A DNA stretch of 64,000 nt from the human T2T-CHM13v2.0 reference genome, Homo sapiens, in NCBI RefSeq assembly GCF_009914755.1, contig NC_060926.1; one strand, 5' to 3'. Shown here one piece after another: positions 12,900 through 29,782 of the stretch (positions are counted from its first letter, which is position 1; every line of letters starts with the position of its first letter). Made by a program: the position numbers and the translations under genes. The notes beneath the pieces were generated by a model. That model was not told the origin of the DNA. It saw only the letters and a program-made list of their open reading frames with translations, and did not search any database.

Positions 12900-14430
12900 A
12901 TCATCATGAGGCTATAGTTTTTAAGATGATATGGTATTGGTGAGAGAAAAGAAAAACAGAGTAGCAAAGACTCTAGAAACAAGTCCACTTATATATAGTC
13001 TTTAATTTTTCCAAAGGCAGCACTCAATTAAAAGGAGGAAATGATAATTTTATGAAAATGGTGCTGTAACAATTGGATATCCATAATGAAAAAATAATGT
13101 CTTACACTATGCACAAAAATTAATTACAGGTAAATTGTCATCCTACATGTCAAAGGTAAAATAAAAGGCTGAGAAGAAAATATAAGAAAATATATTCATC
13201 TTCCTAGATTAGACAAATGTTTCCTGAACAGTGAGCAAAAAACAACCACAAGTAAAAGAACAAAAAATTGAACTTTATTAAAATTAAAATATTTTCTTCT
13301 TCAAAAGCTTATCATCAGTAAAAGAGGTCAGCTAAAGGCTGGGAGATAATACTTGAAAAATATTTATCTTGCCAATAATTCAAATCAGTAATATATTTTT
13401 TGTGTACACATAGAGATAGGATATGGAATATTAGATACTGGAGACTTGGAAGGGTGGGCAGGTGGTGAGGAATGAGATATTACATAATGGGTATATGGGT
13501 ATACTGTATACTAAGTAGGTGATGGTTACACCAAAGCCCAGGCTTTACCACTATGCAATATATCCATGTAACGTAAATGCACTTAGACCCCTTAAATTTA
13601 TACAAATAAATAATAATAATAATAATACATTTTTAAGAATTCTCACAAATCAATGTAAAATTATTGGTTCAATTTAGAGTATTAAAAATATGTAATGGGA
13701 ATTAAAAAATCCAAATAAACATATGAAAAAATGTTCAACTTCTTTGTTCATTATTAAAGTGTGAGTTATAATTACAAAGAGATAGCTTTACACAACCACT
13801 AGGATATCTAAAATGCAATTGAGTAACAATATCGAATAATGTTAACATGGTTGAAAACATTGATATTTTTATTGATTAGGGATATACAATTAGATGCAAC
13901 CACTTTGGAAATTCATTGGTCAATATTTCACAAAGTTGAACATAAATTATTTTATGACTCAATTTTATCCCTGGAGATGAACCCAAGAGCAATACATGTT
14001 CATGAATACAATGAAAGTCATGTACAAGAATGTTCATAGAAACTTTCTGTAGCACTCATGAAAGTAGCAAAGATAAATAAATTGTTTCAGAGTAATGCAA
14101 TTGAACCCTTCAGCAATGAATATTACAGATTTTTTTTTGCACGCAACAGTGTTCTTCAGTAAATGAAATCAGATATAGAAGAGTACACATTTGTTTTATA
14201 AGGTTTAGAATTTGGGAGACTATAGTAAGAGAAGTTCCAGGAGTGATTATCTTTGGTTAAGGACTAAGAGATGCAATAGAAATTTCAGCATCTCTTGTAA
14301 GGTTTGATTTTTATTTTGATGCTGGTTCATAGGTGTTTTCCATTGTAAAAATTGCATATACTGAATTTATAATCTGCAGACTTCTCTGTACAAGTTATAC
14401 TTCAATATAACTAAGCTTACCTAAAAAATA
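12900..14430 (+). mobile_element. Old L1M ORF2 3' half and 3' UTR, interrupted by L1PB
   Basis: aaatggtgctgtaacaattggatatcc; aaacatatgaaaaaatgttcaac; caaccactttggaaa. Confidence 0.65.
13402..13628 (+). mobile_element. L1PB 3' end
   Basis: gtgatggttacaccaaagcccagg...accactatgcaatatatccatgtaac; (TAA)n tail. Confidence 0.8.
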
Positions 14431-15199
14431 AAATTTGTAAACCTCCCCACCACCATAAAAGATTTCTATTAATATTTAGAATGGTGCTATTGTGCAGAAA
14501 AAAAGCTTCCAGAGGGTATTTCTCAGCAATTTGAAACATAATAATTATTTAAAAAATAAGAAAGATGCTTTCTTGCATTAGAACACTCCAGAAATCAGTT
14601 TCTTGTTGAGTAAACAAACTTGCATATTTGCTGTACCACAAACAACAAATACTTCACTACATCTGAACATGGACTGGACCATCATTTTATAATGTGCACC
14701 TTCTCTCCATCTTCTCTCTGACATAGCGGTGTAAGAAAGTTTTCGGGTTTAGACTCCCATTTCAGATTCCATCTCTTCCAAGCAGATTTATCTTACTCTG
14801 CTAGACAGAAGCAATCCTGATCTCCTGTGAAATCACTTAGATATTTAATTACACCTTTGTTGCCACATATTGTGCTATTTTCTTGAACTGCGTTTGCGTT
14901 TTTTGCAGATTAGTGTTTTACTTGTCTAAATATCTAAAATCTATCAAATAGATAATGTCAATTTCTAAAAGAAGGGGCTCCATGTGGTACTTGTCCATGT
15001 TCCTCACGGTACCTCATATTGGTAGGGTCTCATTCATAGGGTTCCTTGAAAGGATGTCAGGTGAACCTTTGAATATACAAAATATGAATTATTAACTAAG
15101 GAGGAGTACATGGTTACTGACTACACGATTTTAACCCCCTAGCTAATATAATCTAGCAGCAGTGTAAAGAAAAATGTTGCATCATATGACCAGGTTTTG

Positions 15200-15385
15200 A
15201 GACCTATAGATGCTGTGTGAAATTTGATTAATTCTCTTAGCTTTTCTGCATCTCTGAATCTTCCTACAAACAAGCAGATTATCAAATCTCAGACTGTGAT
15301 AGTGATGATAAAATAAGATAATGTTTATGAACTAAACGAAAAATCACAGTATTAGACAAATGCAATAAAGATAAAAGTTATTGCT
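15200..15385 (+). mobile_element. MIR relic
   Basis: gtgatgataaaataagataatgtttatg...cacagta. Confidence 0.45.
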
Positions 15386-16043
15386 GATTGGGGTACATGG
15401 CACTGCTGTTTTACAGAGACTATATAGAGCTAATACAAAAATTTAAGTGTCAGAATTTTTTAACTTAAAAGAGTTAGTAATATTCATTAATTTTTATTAT
15501 AATGCTCATTCAAATCACTTAGATAATTTGCTTCCCTTAATTCAAAGAAGCAATATATGACAAGAGAGGATACTGAGGAGAGCTGTTTATCAGGCTCCTT
15601 TTTTCTATTAAGTCCACATAGGTCTTGGGGAAGTCTGACATTACTGCACAACGATTTCAGCTTCTGTACAATGAGATGGTTAGGCCAGACATCATCTCTT
15701 AATTTATTTCTTATTTAATATTTTTTGATACTGAGGAAAGAGCAGAGAGACACTAATCAATTTATTTTATGCCATTTTTTTCTCCTTAATTATCTCTCTG
15801 TTTCCTAACCCCCCTTCCCCCATACTAATGTAAATTACGCTGGGTCCTGAATATTCCTTTTAGCACTGGTCATTTCTTCCACTCAATAGGGGAATGAGTG
15901 GTCCCCACAGTCAGAATATAAGGAAGAGAAAATTGTGTTCCTGGTATTTAGAATTAGAAATATAATTATCATACAAATATAGTTTCCAACATTCTCATTA
16001 TTTTCTAGTTGTAAGTATATTGTTAGAAGAAAGAGCTGTCATC

Positions 16044-16511
16044 CAGGAACTGGAAGACATTATGGTAAGCAAAATAAGCCAGGAACAGAAAGTTAAAAAC
16101 AACATGTTCTCACTCGTATGTAGAAGCTAAAAAAAAGTTGATCTCATAGAAGTAAAAAGTAGAGCAGAAGATATGATATGCTGGGAAGGGGAAGGGGAAG
16201 GTAGAGGATAGGGAGAGATTTGTTAAAAGTTATAAAATTACAGCCAAATAGGAGGAATGAGTTTTAGTGTTCTATACCATTGTAGGATGATCATAGTTAA
16301 CAATAATATATAGTTTCTAATAGCTAGAAGGAGAATATTGAATGTTCCCAACACAAATAAATGACAAATGTTTGAGATGATGGATATGCTAATTGCCCTT
16401 ATCAGATCAATATATATTACATTATTGAAACATCACTGTGTAACTCATGAATATGTACAATTATTATTTGTTAATTTAAAAAATAAATTTTGAAACAGGA
16501 AATTTAAAAAA
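16044..16511 (+). mobile_element. L1MA (MA5-like) 3' end
   Basis: gttgatctcatagaagtaaaaagtaga...aatagctagaaggag...atgtttgagatgatggatatgctaatt; degenerate TSD aagaaa...tgtcatc. Confidence 0.85.
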
Positions 16512-16557
16512 AAGAAAAAATTGTCATCAATTTCCAAAACCCAAATTCTGCACCATT

Positions 16558-16712
16558 GTATGTATGTGTGTAAATATATATAAATATATACACATATATA
16601 TAGTTAAATACATTTATAATTTATATTATATATAAGTATATATTTATATATAAGCATATAGTATGTAATATATAAATATATATGTACACCTGTATAGGGA
16701 AATATATAATTA
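16558..16712. repeat. (TA)-rich low-complexity repeat
   Basis: Interrupted tatata runs. Confidence 0.85.
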
Positions 16713-18051
16713 TGTATCCACATTCCTATAAGGAAATCATATTTTAGGTTGAAACCACTAATTAACAAATAAGTAATTTGCTCAGAAGTTCCCAGCTATA
16801 TAAGCTACCACTGGCTTTCTGACAATCACAAAAATATACATAAAACAAACACAAACAAAGCAGCTTTATTAGTATTTTCTTACAAGCACTATTAAAGATG
16901 AACTAATATGCTGCTAGAATATGATGCTGTAAGCCAAATTTTTTTGTCAATTTCTTCTTGTCTGTTCACATTCAAAAATGAATTGAAACTCACACTATTT
17001 GCCAAAAAGTGGCAAATAAGAGAACAACCCTTCACATAAGTTAATCGCACCCTAATGAATTTTAATAGATAAGTATATTTGAATACTAAGTACAAAAATG
17101 TATTTTTCCTTCATGCATATAAGTTTGAAACAAATTTGAAGGCAAAAGTCCCTCTTCATGTATAGAAACTAGAACCTGTTAACTGGATACCTAATTTTTA
17201 ACATTGTTTCTTTGTTTTACAAAGAAATATTTTATATACAAGATAGTTAAAGTAAATGGCTGGTGTCTATGTGACATCTCTCTGAAATTTCATCCACAAA
17301 TGAAATTGGAATGTCCTTTTTGAATTAAACACTTGCTTTATTACCTTTTACTGTAAAACTTAATTTGTTATTTAGTCACAGCCATTATGAAATATAATAT
17401 GTGCAATTATCAAATATTCTTATAAGAGTACCAGACAGTGAAGGGGACCAAACAATAACTTGCTGAATGTTTCAATAAACGTTAAAGAAAGTATGCAATT
17501 ATTTTATCTAAGAACAGAGAAGAGACACTCAGGAAATGAATATTATTATTTCTTATTTAATTTAGTGCATCGTTGTTATTTACATCCCGAGAGAGGCATT
17601 GTTTATCGATATTTGTCTGCTTCTAAGTGCAGAAATTTTGTATAATAATGTAAAAACTTTTAAATATTTCTATCTTGTCAAAAATACAAAACTGAGTTCA
17701 CCTGGCTGAGATAATTTTCCCTCTTCTCTCTTTCAAGTGATAGACTCAATTCTTTATTCTCTTTTTTTCAGAGAATCATACTCTTTTGTTAGCCTTGAAG
17801 ATGATAAAACTACCTTTATTGCATGCTAATAGAGACATCAGAAAATCCTACGTACAATCATGCTTCTCATCAGTTTTTACTCTTGCTTTGCCCTTTGCCT
17901 TTTGATTTTGTTTGTTTGGTCTATTTTTGTTTCCCCCAACTCATCCCAGTTGCCATATTGCCCAGTGGATCTTTCAAAAAGAAATAACGTTATATTCTGG
18001 GTAATAAAATTTTTACACAGGCAGTACTTTAATATTAAAATGTTTACTCTC

Positions 18052-18431
<380 letters not shown>

Positions 18432-18554
18432 TTATTCTCAAGTTTTCCAAGAAATGTACAAGGGAATGGTTTCTCAGTGATACTTTTTTTTTTTTTTTGG
18501 CTAGTGATATTCAGACAAATTTAACTAATATATTTTCGTAAAAGTATAAAATAG

Positions 18555-18929
<375 letters not shown>

Positions 18930-19002
18930 TAATCTGTCACTTATATGCCTCTGAAATTTTGCAAAAACCTACTTCTTTGATGTCTTCATGTATTCATACA
19001 TG

Positions 19003-19095
19003 CATTCATTTGTTCATTCACTAAGTGCTTATTAGCCAATTACAGAATTGCAGGCTCTGAGCTAGTGTCTAGAGATAAAATAATAAACAGCAAAG
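19003..19095 (-). mobile_element. L2 3' end relic
   Basis: cattcatttgttcattcactaagtgcttatt...caggctctgagctag. Confidence 0.55.
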
Positions 19096-19166
19096 TGTTT
19101 ATTATTTTCAATGGTAAAATAAGTCTTTATTTATATAAGATATGATATTTATATAACACAATATAA

Positions 19167-22001
<2,835 letters not shown>

Positions 22002-22355
22002 TGAAAAACACAGTAAAAGTGATGAAGCATGCATTCAACAAGCTCATCAACCAACTCAACACAACTGAGTAAAGAACGAGTAAACTTATCCCTTAATATC
22101 AGGATCAAGGCAATGATGATTTCTCTCACTAGTTTTGAAAGTCCTAGTAAGTAAAATAAAACAAGAAAAAGAAATAAAAGTCATAGAGAATAAAAATGGT
22201 AAAATAAGTCTATTTATATAAGCAACATATTTGCATATGAATTCACAGTCTTTAGATCTATAACAAAATCTCCAGATTTAGTAAAATAATTTTGGAATGT
22301 TCCAGGGTACTAGGTCAATTACATATTTGCATAATGGGCATGAACAAATGGAAAT

Positions 22356-22488
22356 TTTTTTTTTTAATTTTAACTTAATTTAATTTTTAGAGGTGGGGTT
22401 CTGTGTTGCCCAGACTAGACTCAAACTCCCTCCTGGGCCCAACTGAGTCTTTTGCCTCAGTCTCCCAAGAAGTTGGGACTATAGGCAC
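22356..22488 (-). mobile_element. FLAM / Alu monomer
   Basis: tgttgcccagactagactcaaactcc...gcctcagtctcccaag; atggaaatt repeated on both sides. Confidence 0.75.
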
Positions 22489-22850
22489 ATGGAAATTAAA
22501 TTTTAAAGTAATAGTTACAATAGCATCAGGAAAAACAAAATATGTAGGTACAAAGTTAACAAAAATAGATACAGGATTTGCATGTTACCTACGAATGCTG
22601 AATAAGAAATCAAGAATGTCTTAGTAAATGAATAAATATATTGAGTTCATGAATTGGAATATTCACTATTTTTATAATGTTCAATATTCTCCTAATCTAT
22701 AGAATGATGCAAACCCAATCTAATTTGCTGTATATATTTTTGTTGTATTGACTAGCTTATGCTAATTGTATATAGAAAGGGACAGCATAGATAATTACCA
22801 AAACAAATGGAACAAAGTCAAACAAATTTGGAGGATTTACTAAAATCTGT

Positions 22851-23336
22851 TGTATTGGGAAAGGCAGTACCTATCCCAGGTTTAGATTTAGTGAGAAAGT
22901 ATCTTTCTCTGTTTCAGACTCAATGAGTACGTCTTTACGTCTTTGTTCTGCTTAAGCACTGTGTTTCAATGGCGCTCAGGCATGCCCCTAGTTTTTGATA
23001 TTTCATACTTCATGGAGGAGGTGTCAGAGTCCTTCTAGTGTAGCACTAGTTGGGTGCTCATAGGCCAGTTGCCCTGCATTGTCTTTTAGGAGGGACCATG
23101 GTGACAGATGTCCACTACCGAAACTGATCTTGCTCTGTATCTTTTTGTGAGTAAAGTAATTTTCCACCAAGTACTTGACTTGTGATTTTTTGGTGACTCC
23201 AATACTAACAGACAGTGGGCAGAAGTATCTGGACTTCTATTCCTGGTGGCTGGTATTGTGATGATCTTCATTACCCTCCATATAGTGAGAGTCCTCTTCT
23301 GGCATTAGTAACTGGTGCACAGTGCTCTGCTCTACA
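22851..23336 (+). mobile_element. ERVL-class solo LTR (MER70/MER76-like; family uncertain)
   Basis: TG...CA termini, 5-bp TSD tctgt/tgtgt, agtaaa polyA-like signal, interrupts an L1M relic. Confidence 0.6.
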
Positions 23337-24464
23337 TGTGTTATCGTGTTCTGGGCAAAAGAACAACATAGAACAGATTAGAGAGCACATAAATATACAC
23401 ATAACATACAGTCTGCTATTCATTAGTAACAATGCAAAAGAAATTCACTAGAGAAAATTTTGTTCACAAAACTAGTGGTGCTTAACTAACTGGAACTTCA
23501 ATACATACATCTAAACTTATGCAAACATTAAATCAATATGAACCATAGACTGAAATCTAAAATTTAAAACTATAATTCATGAATTATATAATATATAGAG
23601 AAAAATATTCACAGCCATATATTAGAAAAAAGGTCTGTTTTGTGCCACAGTACCCATTACAAGAAAAATATAGATAAATTGGACTTATTCAAAATTAGAA
23701 CCTATTTTTTCATGAATAAGTGAACTAAATCCTGCTAAGTGAATGAAAAGACAAACCATGCATTGTCTAATAAAAGGAATCAAAGATTCTTGAAGTGGTT
23801 GATTCACCTGATGATTAGGAGTATCTTCTGCTGTCGGAGAATAAGGAAATATCCAAAAAAGTCTGGAGATATGCTTAAATGGCACAGAAAACAACCTAAA
23901 AAAGCTCCTAAGGGCTAACATTAGAACATTTTAAGTAAAAATAAATAAATAAATAAATACATTGGATTATGACCCAGAAATGTTCATTAGGTAGTGAATG
24001 AAAAAACAAATTGTAGAATACCTAAATAATAAAATATTACTCAAAAATCAAAACAATGGGCAACTAATACATAGATAAGGTGGTTAACTGACAACCAATA
24101 AAATTGAATTGAGGAAAGCTTGATGTCAACAGCTCTCTACCATTACAAGAGCCGCTGATAAAACAAAGATATCTGGGTATAGAATTGCATAAAAATAAAA
24201 CGTAACGAGTGAATCATGCTGCTTGGTTCTTGCTCTAAACGCAAAATTTAGCAGTGTCTAACCCAACTAGGGTCTGGATTATTCAAACCCTCTCCATAGT
24301 TAAATGAAATAGGAACTGATGGAGCATAATAATAGTAATTGATTTTTTAATAAAATTATCTTGTAGAAATGGAAAAATGAACAGAATTTACATTATATTA
24401 CACAGCTCTTGGATAATATATTTACTATAGGTTCATCCAAGTGTTATTAATTGGCCATTAAGTG

Positions 24465-24590
24465 TTCAAGTATTATTAATTGAGCTTCTATTTTGTCTCA
24501 GGCATTTTGTAAATTTTTGAGGATATAACAGTAAACAAAACATATTTCCTTACCTTTGCAAGCTTCCCATCTAATTAGAGAGACATAACA
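24465..24590 (-). mobile_element. L2 relic
   Basis: attgagcttctattttgtctcaggcatt...gaggatataacagtaaacaaaaca. Confidence 0.6.
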
Positions 24591-25204
24591 GTTTTTCTCT
24601 GTCAACCTCACCCCCTTCTTTCTCCCTCACACACACATACACAAACAAAAAGATACAATTTTTAACAAACAACCTCCAATGAATTTGAGGAACTCCAAAC
24701 TCTAATCAAAGTCTCAGCATCTTCTTGTCTTCTGAAACAACTTTGATCCTATACATCTTGAATTTTCTAAGGTTCCTACATGTCCTGTAATGATGCATGA
24801 ATAAAAATAAAAGTACCCATCCCCCCTTTCATTGCCTAATGAATTCAACACATTCAACAACCAGATTTTTGAGGAAGATAAATTAGGTGCAGCTATAAGT
24901 TCATTTCAGGGCTGACTGTTGATTGAAACATGAAGGATACATTTTCAAAGTCAGTACTGAGAGAGAACTGATTTATGTTACTTCATCAAAAGATAAACAA
25001 GGTGAGATTTTACTCATTAATACGACATAGGTTTAATCTCTTTTCTACTTGAGCTGCAAACTATTTCTAAGTCCTAATGAAACTAGTTTAATGGTATTTT
25101 TAGGATTGCAAATGTATTTTCACTACCAGGATCTAAGTTAAAGAAAACCTATCTTGAAAATATGATTTTCTAAAATCTTGCAATTTCTGGAATTTAGATC
25201 TAGT

Positions 25205-25305
25205 TTATATATATATATGTGTGTGTGTGTGTGTATCTATATCTGTATATGTGTGTGTATATATATATCTGTATATGTGTGTATACACACAGATACACAC
25301 ACAAG
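25205..25305. repeat. Compound (TA)n/(TG)n microsatellite
   Basis: Directly visible. Confidence 0.9.
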
Positions 25306-26186
25306 TATAATGTATATGCATGTATAAACAATAAAGAATATATTGACCTTCCAACTTCTTTAAGTTTTTCTTCCTCCAGCAAAGAGAAAGCTGACACATA
25401 TTAGTCGCTATGACTACTCATTAATTATAGTATATAACTGGAACTCATCAATTGTTTTGCCCCATTTGCTTACCCAAATGGCTAAAATACTGGACTCTCT
25501 GATTCCTTGCAAGATCAAATCTATATTCGATCTTGGATTATTTTTACAAAGTAGTCACAGAGCTCAATAGGATAGCAAAAACTAGCTGAATTTTATATGG
25601 ACTCTGGTTTATAGGATATCCTGGCCCAGCATTAAAATATCTTGTGGATAGTAATTAAAACTACACAACTTTCTTAGTTTGGAGTTCTAAAATATGCTTG
25701 ATTGATAGTATCTTAGCAGAATATGTGCCTTTTAACTTAATATCTGATTTAACCTGATAATCAAAATTGTCCCAATTTTTCAAAATATTACTGAGATAAA
25801 TATCTTGACAGTCCAGTAGGAACCCATGGACTTAATTTCAAGTATTAAAAATGTAATATATAACTGAGAATCTTATAGAAGTTAATCTCATTTATCATTC
25901 AGTATAATATTTCCTTCTACACAATTCTTCGAGATGGTTTTGCATTCGTATAAGCTCCTTACCTACCCTGACTGCAGGGTAGCTTTTAAGTTGAGTATCT
26001 GTCCCAGATAGTCTAGGATTATCTATCTCCTACTACCCTGAAACACAGTAACTTGCTTTGATCTGGTCTTCCTCGTTTTCGTCTTGTGCCATGCATCTGA
26101 ATTCTACATCTTTACCCGTCCTTTTCAGGATCATATCTTATTTGGACTCTTCACATGGCCTTTATTCATTTTTATTAATATATACC

Positions 26187-26832
26187 TGTAATAAATAAGT
26201 TTAGAATATCAACTTGACTAGATTAAGGGATGCCTAGGTATCTGGTAAAGCAGTATTAGCAGGTGTGTCTTGTGAGAGTGTTTCCACAGGAGATGGCACG
26301 TGAGCTGGTGGACCAAGTGGGGAATATCCCACCTCACTATGGGCCAGGAACCATCCAATAGGCTGGGAGCCCTGATAGAACAAAAACACAGTGGAGAGGA
26401 GAATTCACTCTTTGTTTTCTGAAGTTGGGACAGCCTTCTTCTCTGGCCTTTGGATATGGGCATCAGAATGCCAGGTTTTTGTTCTTTGGACTCCTGGACT
26501 TGTACGAGCATGCCCTCACCTCCTGCTCCTACCACATTCACAGGCTTTTGGCCTTGGGCTCAGAGTTACACAATTATTTCTCTGATTCTAAGGGTTTTGG
26601 TCTTGAACAGCCATGCTACCAGCTTCCCTGGCTTCCCAGTTTTCAGACAACATGCTATGAGACTTCTTAGCCTACATAGTCATGTGAACGAATCCCCTTA
26701 ATCAATCTCCTCTCTATGATCTATGTATCTATCTATTTACCTATCTATCTAACTACCTATCTATCTATGTATCTATCTGTTTACATATCTATATACTATT
26801 CATTGGGTCTTTCTGGAAAATCCTGAATAATA
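26187..26832 (+). mobile_element. MLT2 (ERVL) solo LTR, MLT2C-like, with internal (TCTA)n
   Basis: tcaacttgactagattaagggatgcc...accatccaat...gacttcttagcct...catgtga. Confidence 0.85.
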
Positions 26833-26949
26833 AATTGATTACAAATTTTACCAATATAAACAATATGTAGTATACAATTTACAGATGATAAAATATTTAA
26901 TACTGCTTCTTGCAAATTTTACATAGCCAGTTGATTCTAACAGAATTAT

Positions 26950-27110
26950 TTTATTACTTTTCCAGCTCGAATGAGGTATAATTGACAAATAAAAGTTGTA
27001 TTCATTTAAGATATACAAGTTTATGATCTGATATACATGTACATTGTGAAATAATCACCACAATCAAGCTAATTCAAGCTAATTAACATATACATTACTT
27101 CACATCATTG
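26950..27110 (-). mobile_element. L1MA 3' end fragment
   Basis: gaggtataattgacaaataaaa...acattgtgaaataatcaccacaatcaagctaatt. Confidence 0.75.
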
Positions 27111-27689
27111 CAATTCTCTTCTTGTTCTTGTTGTTCTTCTCTGTGTGTGTGTCTGTGGGTGGAAAGAATATTTAATAGCTACATGATTTTTAAATCAACT
27201 CAGTACCTGCATCTTATATTACATCCAGATTCATGCTCTGCAGCTTGACATAAACTCTACCTCACAACTGCATGCCCTCAAAATCTGTCCCCCAAGTAAT
27301 CATCCTCTCCTTGGCTTTTAAAAACTTATTTAAGCAGCTATTGCATCTTCATTTAACTCTGTCTTCTACAGATAAAATATCCACAGTAGCTTCAATGATT
27401 CCTCATAAGCCACATAATATAGTGCAATGGTTTCAAACTGTATTGAAAAGATGACTAGGAGTCATGCAGAGCTAATTTTCCATCACCCAGGAGTAGAATG
27501 GTGAGGGTTTGGCAGAGTCAGCATATATGTGGCTCTGTGCTCTGCATTTTTACTTCAAGCACAGGTTGCACAGCTCTGATAGTATTTGTTTTAAATACAA
27601 CATACCTATTAGGCATGTTTGAAGATTTCATTAAACAAACAGGTAGGCTATAAACTATTCCCAAACAATAAGCTTAAATTTTAAAAGAA

Positions 27690-27880
27690 TAGATTTTGGT
27701 GTCTGACAGACCTGAATTTAAAACACAGCTCAACACTTAGTAACCACTTACCTTGTATTACCTTAGATAGTTTAAGCCCATAGACACTCAAGTTTTTTAA
27801 CTGTACCATTGGGAAAACAATCCATAATTTATATGTTGTAGGGACTAGGAAATTTATTTGTGTTTTTAACACACTGATAA
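27690..27880 (+). mobile_element. MIR relic
   Basis: gacagacctgaatttaaa...ccacttacc...ctcaagtttttt. Confidence 0.55.
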
Positions 27881-28756
27881 AAAACATTTTCATATAATAA
27901 ATGCTTGAAAAATTATTACTTGAAATTAAGGTTTCGGCCATACTGAATCAATGAGTGTCTCACTTATGCTATAAAAATTTATAAAACTGAACAAAATCTA
28001 TGAAGAAACACTTTTCAAGTATTGAACAACATATCATGCAGTGGTTTGATCATTCAAAAAACTAAAACACATTAGAAGAGCTATACACTACTTACCTTAC
28101 TATTGGACAGGGGAAAAATTCAAAACTAAGTGCAGGGAAGTCGAGCTCAAATGAAGGGATCAGTGGTTTTACTAGTTGGAGAAAAAGAAATCAATGTTCA
28201 TGACTGCTGAGGTGATTGGAATTTGCAGTTGCAGGCATTGGAATGGAGGAATATTCACAGGGAAGGAGTTTCAGATGTGTGCCTTTAGTTGTTTTTCACT
28301 CAGCCAAATACTAATCTAACAGAGCAAAAGACCATGTTAGAGAACCATAGTGGAAAAGCTGAAGTGAGACACCAGAGATTGCAAAATGCTAGTAGTCTTT
28401 GAAGTTCTGACAAGAGTGGAGTTGATTTTGTGACTGATAATAATTTGAAGAGCCAAACATAACACAGATGTTGAAATTAATAGCCAAGGAACTTAACCAA
28501 CTATTATAAATATTCACAAGATACTCAAGCAAAAGACAGACATAAATTGTTGAACAAATGGACTTTAAGGAGAAAAAACTGAAACAATAAAAAAGTCACA
28601 AGTGAAATTATAAATGCTTAAACACAATGTCTGAAATTAAAAATGTACTGGATTTTATTAAAATCAGATTGTATAGTGACACTACATCTGCATATAAGGC
28701 AATAGACACTATTCTAAATACGACGTGGAGAGGATAAAGATTTTAAGAAATTGACA

Positions 28757-29533
28757 ATATTTTTAATTGTGTTTATTTGGATCTTCTCTCTTTTTTTCTA
28801 TATTAGTCTAGGTAGCAGTCCATCTATCTTTTTAATTCTTTCAAAGAACCAGCTCCTGGAATAATTGATCTCATGTATGGTTTTTCATGTCTCAATTTCC
28901 TTCAGTTCAGCTTTGATTTTTGTTATTTCTTGTCTTCTGCTAGGTTCCTCTAGATGTGATGTTAGGCTGTTCGCTTCGAACTTTCTGATGTGGGCATTTA
29001 GTGCTATTATAGTCCCTCTTAACACTGCTTTGGCTGTGTCCCAGAGATTCTGATATATTGTATCTTTTATCCTCATTATTTCAAAGAACTTCTTAATTCC
29101 TGCCTTAATTTCATTAGTTACCCAGAAGTCATTCAGAAGAAGATTGCTTAATTTCCATTTAATTGTATGGTTTTAAGTTATTTTTCTTAGCATTGATTCC
29201 TATTTTTATTGCTTTGTGGTCCAAGAGTATTGTTGGTATAATTTTTTTGTTTTAATTTCTGGAGGGTTGTTTTACGCTCCATTGTGTGGATGATTTTAGA
29301 GTATGTGGCATGTGTCAATGAAAAGAATGTATATTCTGTTGTTTGGGGATCGAAAGTTTTGTAGATGTCTATTAGGTCCATTTGTCAAGTGTTAAGTTAA
29401 GGTCCTGAGTATCTTAGTTTTCTGCCTCAATATTCTGCTAATACTTTCATTAGGGTGTTAAAGTCTTCCACTATTATTGTGTGGTTATCTAAATCTCTTC
29501 ATAGGTCTCCAAGATCTTGCTTTAGGTATCTGG
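28757..29533 (-). mobile_element. Inverted 5' segment of an L1PA15/16-like element
   Basis: Antisense ORF2 EN-linker region (minus-strand ORFs [22 protein letters not shown]); follows TSD aagaaattgaca at 28745-28756. Confidence 0.9.
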
Positions 29534-29750
29534 AATGACAAAGGGGACTTTACCACTCAACCCACAGAAATATAAAAAACCCTCAGAGACTATTACAAAT
29601 ACTTTTTTGCACCCAAGCTAGAAAACTCAGAAGAAATTGATAAATTCCTGGTAAAACACAACCTTACAAGACTGATCAGGAAAAGATTGAATCCCTAAAG
29701 AGACCAATAATGAGTTCTGATATTGAATCAGCAATAAAAAGCCTACCAAC

Positions 29751-29782
<32 letters not shown>

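Larger units (their letters stand above)
22002..24130 (+). mobile_element. Old L1M fragments hosting a FLAM and an LTR
   Basis: ORF1-like piece at 22002-22090; gaaagtcctag...caagaaaaagaaataaaag ORF2 relic; gataaattggactt. Confidence 0.6.

Noticed and set aside
17745-17880. Strong + strand acceptor (tttttttcag at 17771) as an exon start
   Set aside because: No matching donor or coherent ORF downstream; isolated acceptor motifs are common in AT-rich DNA.
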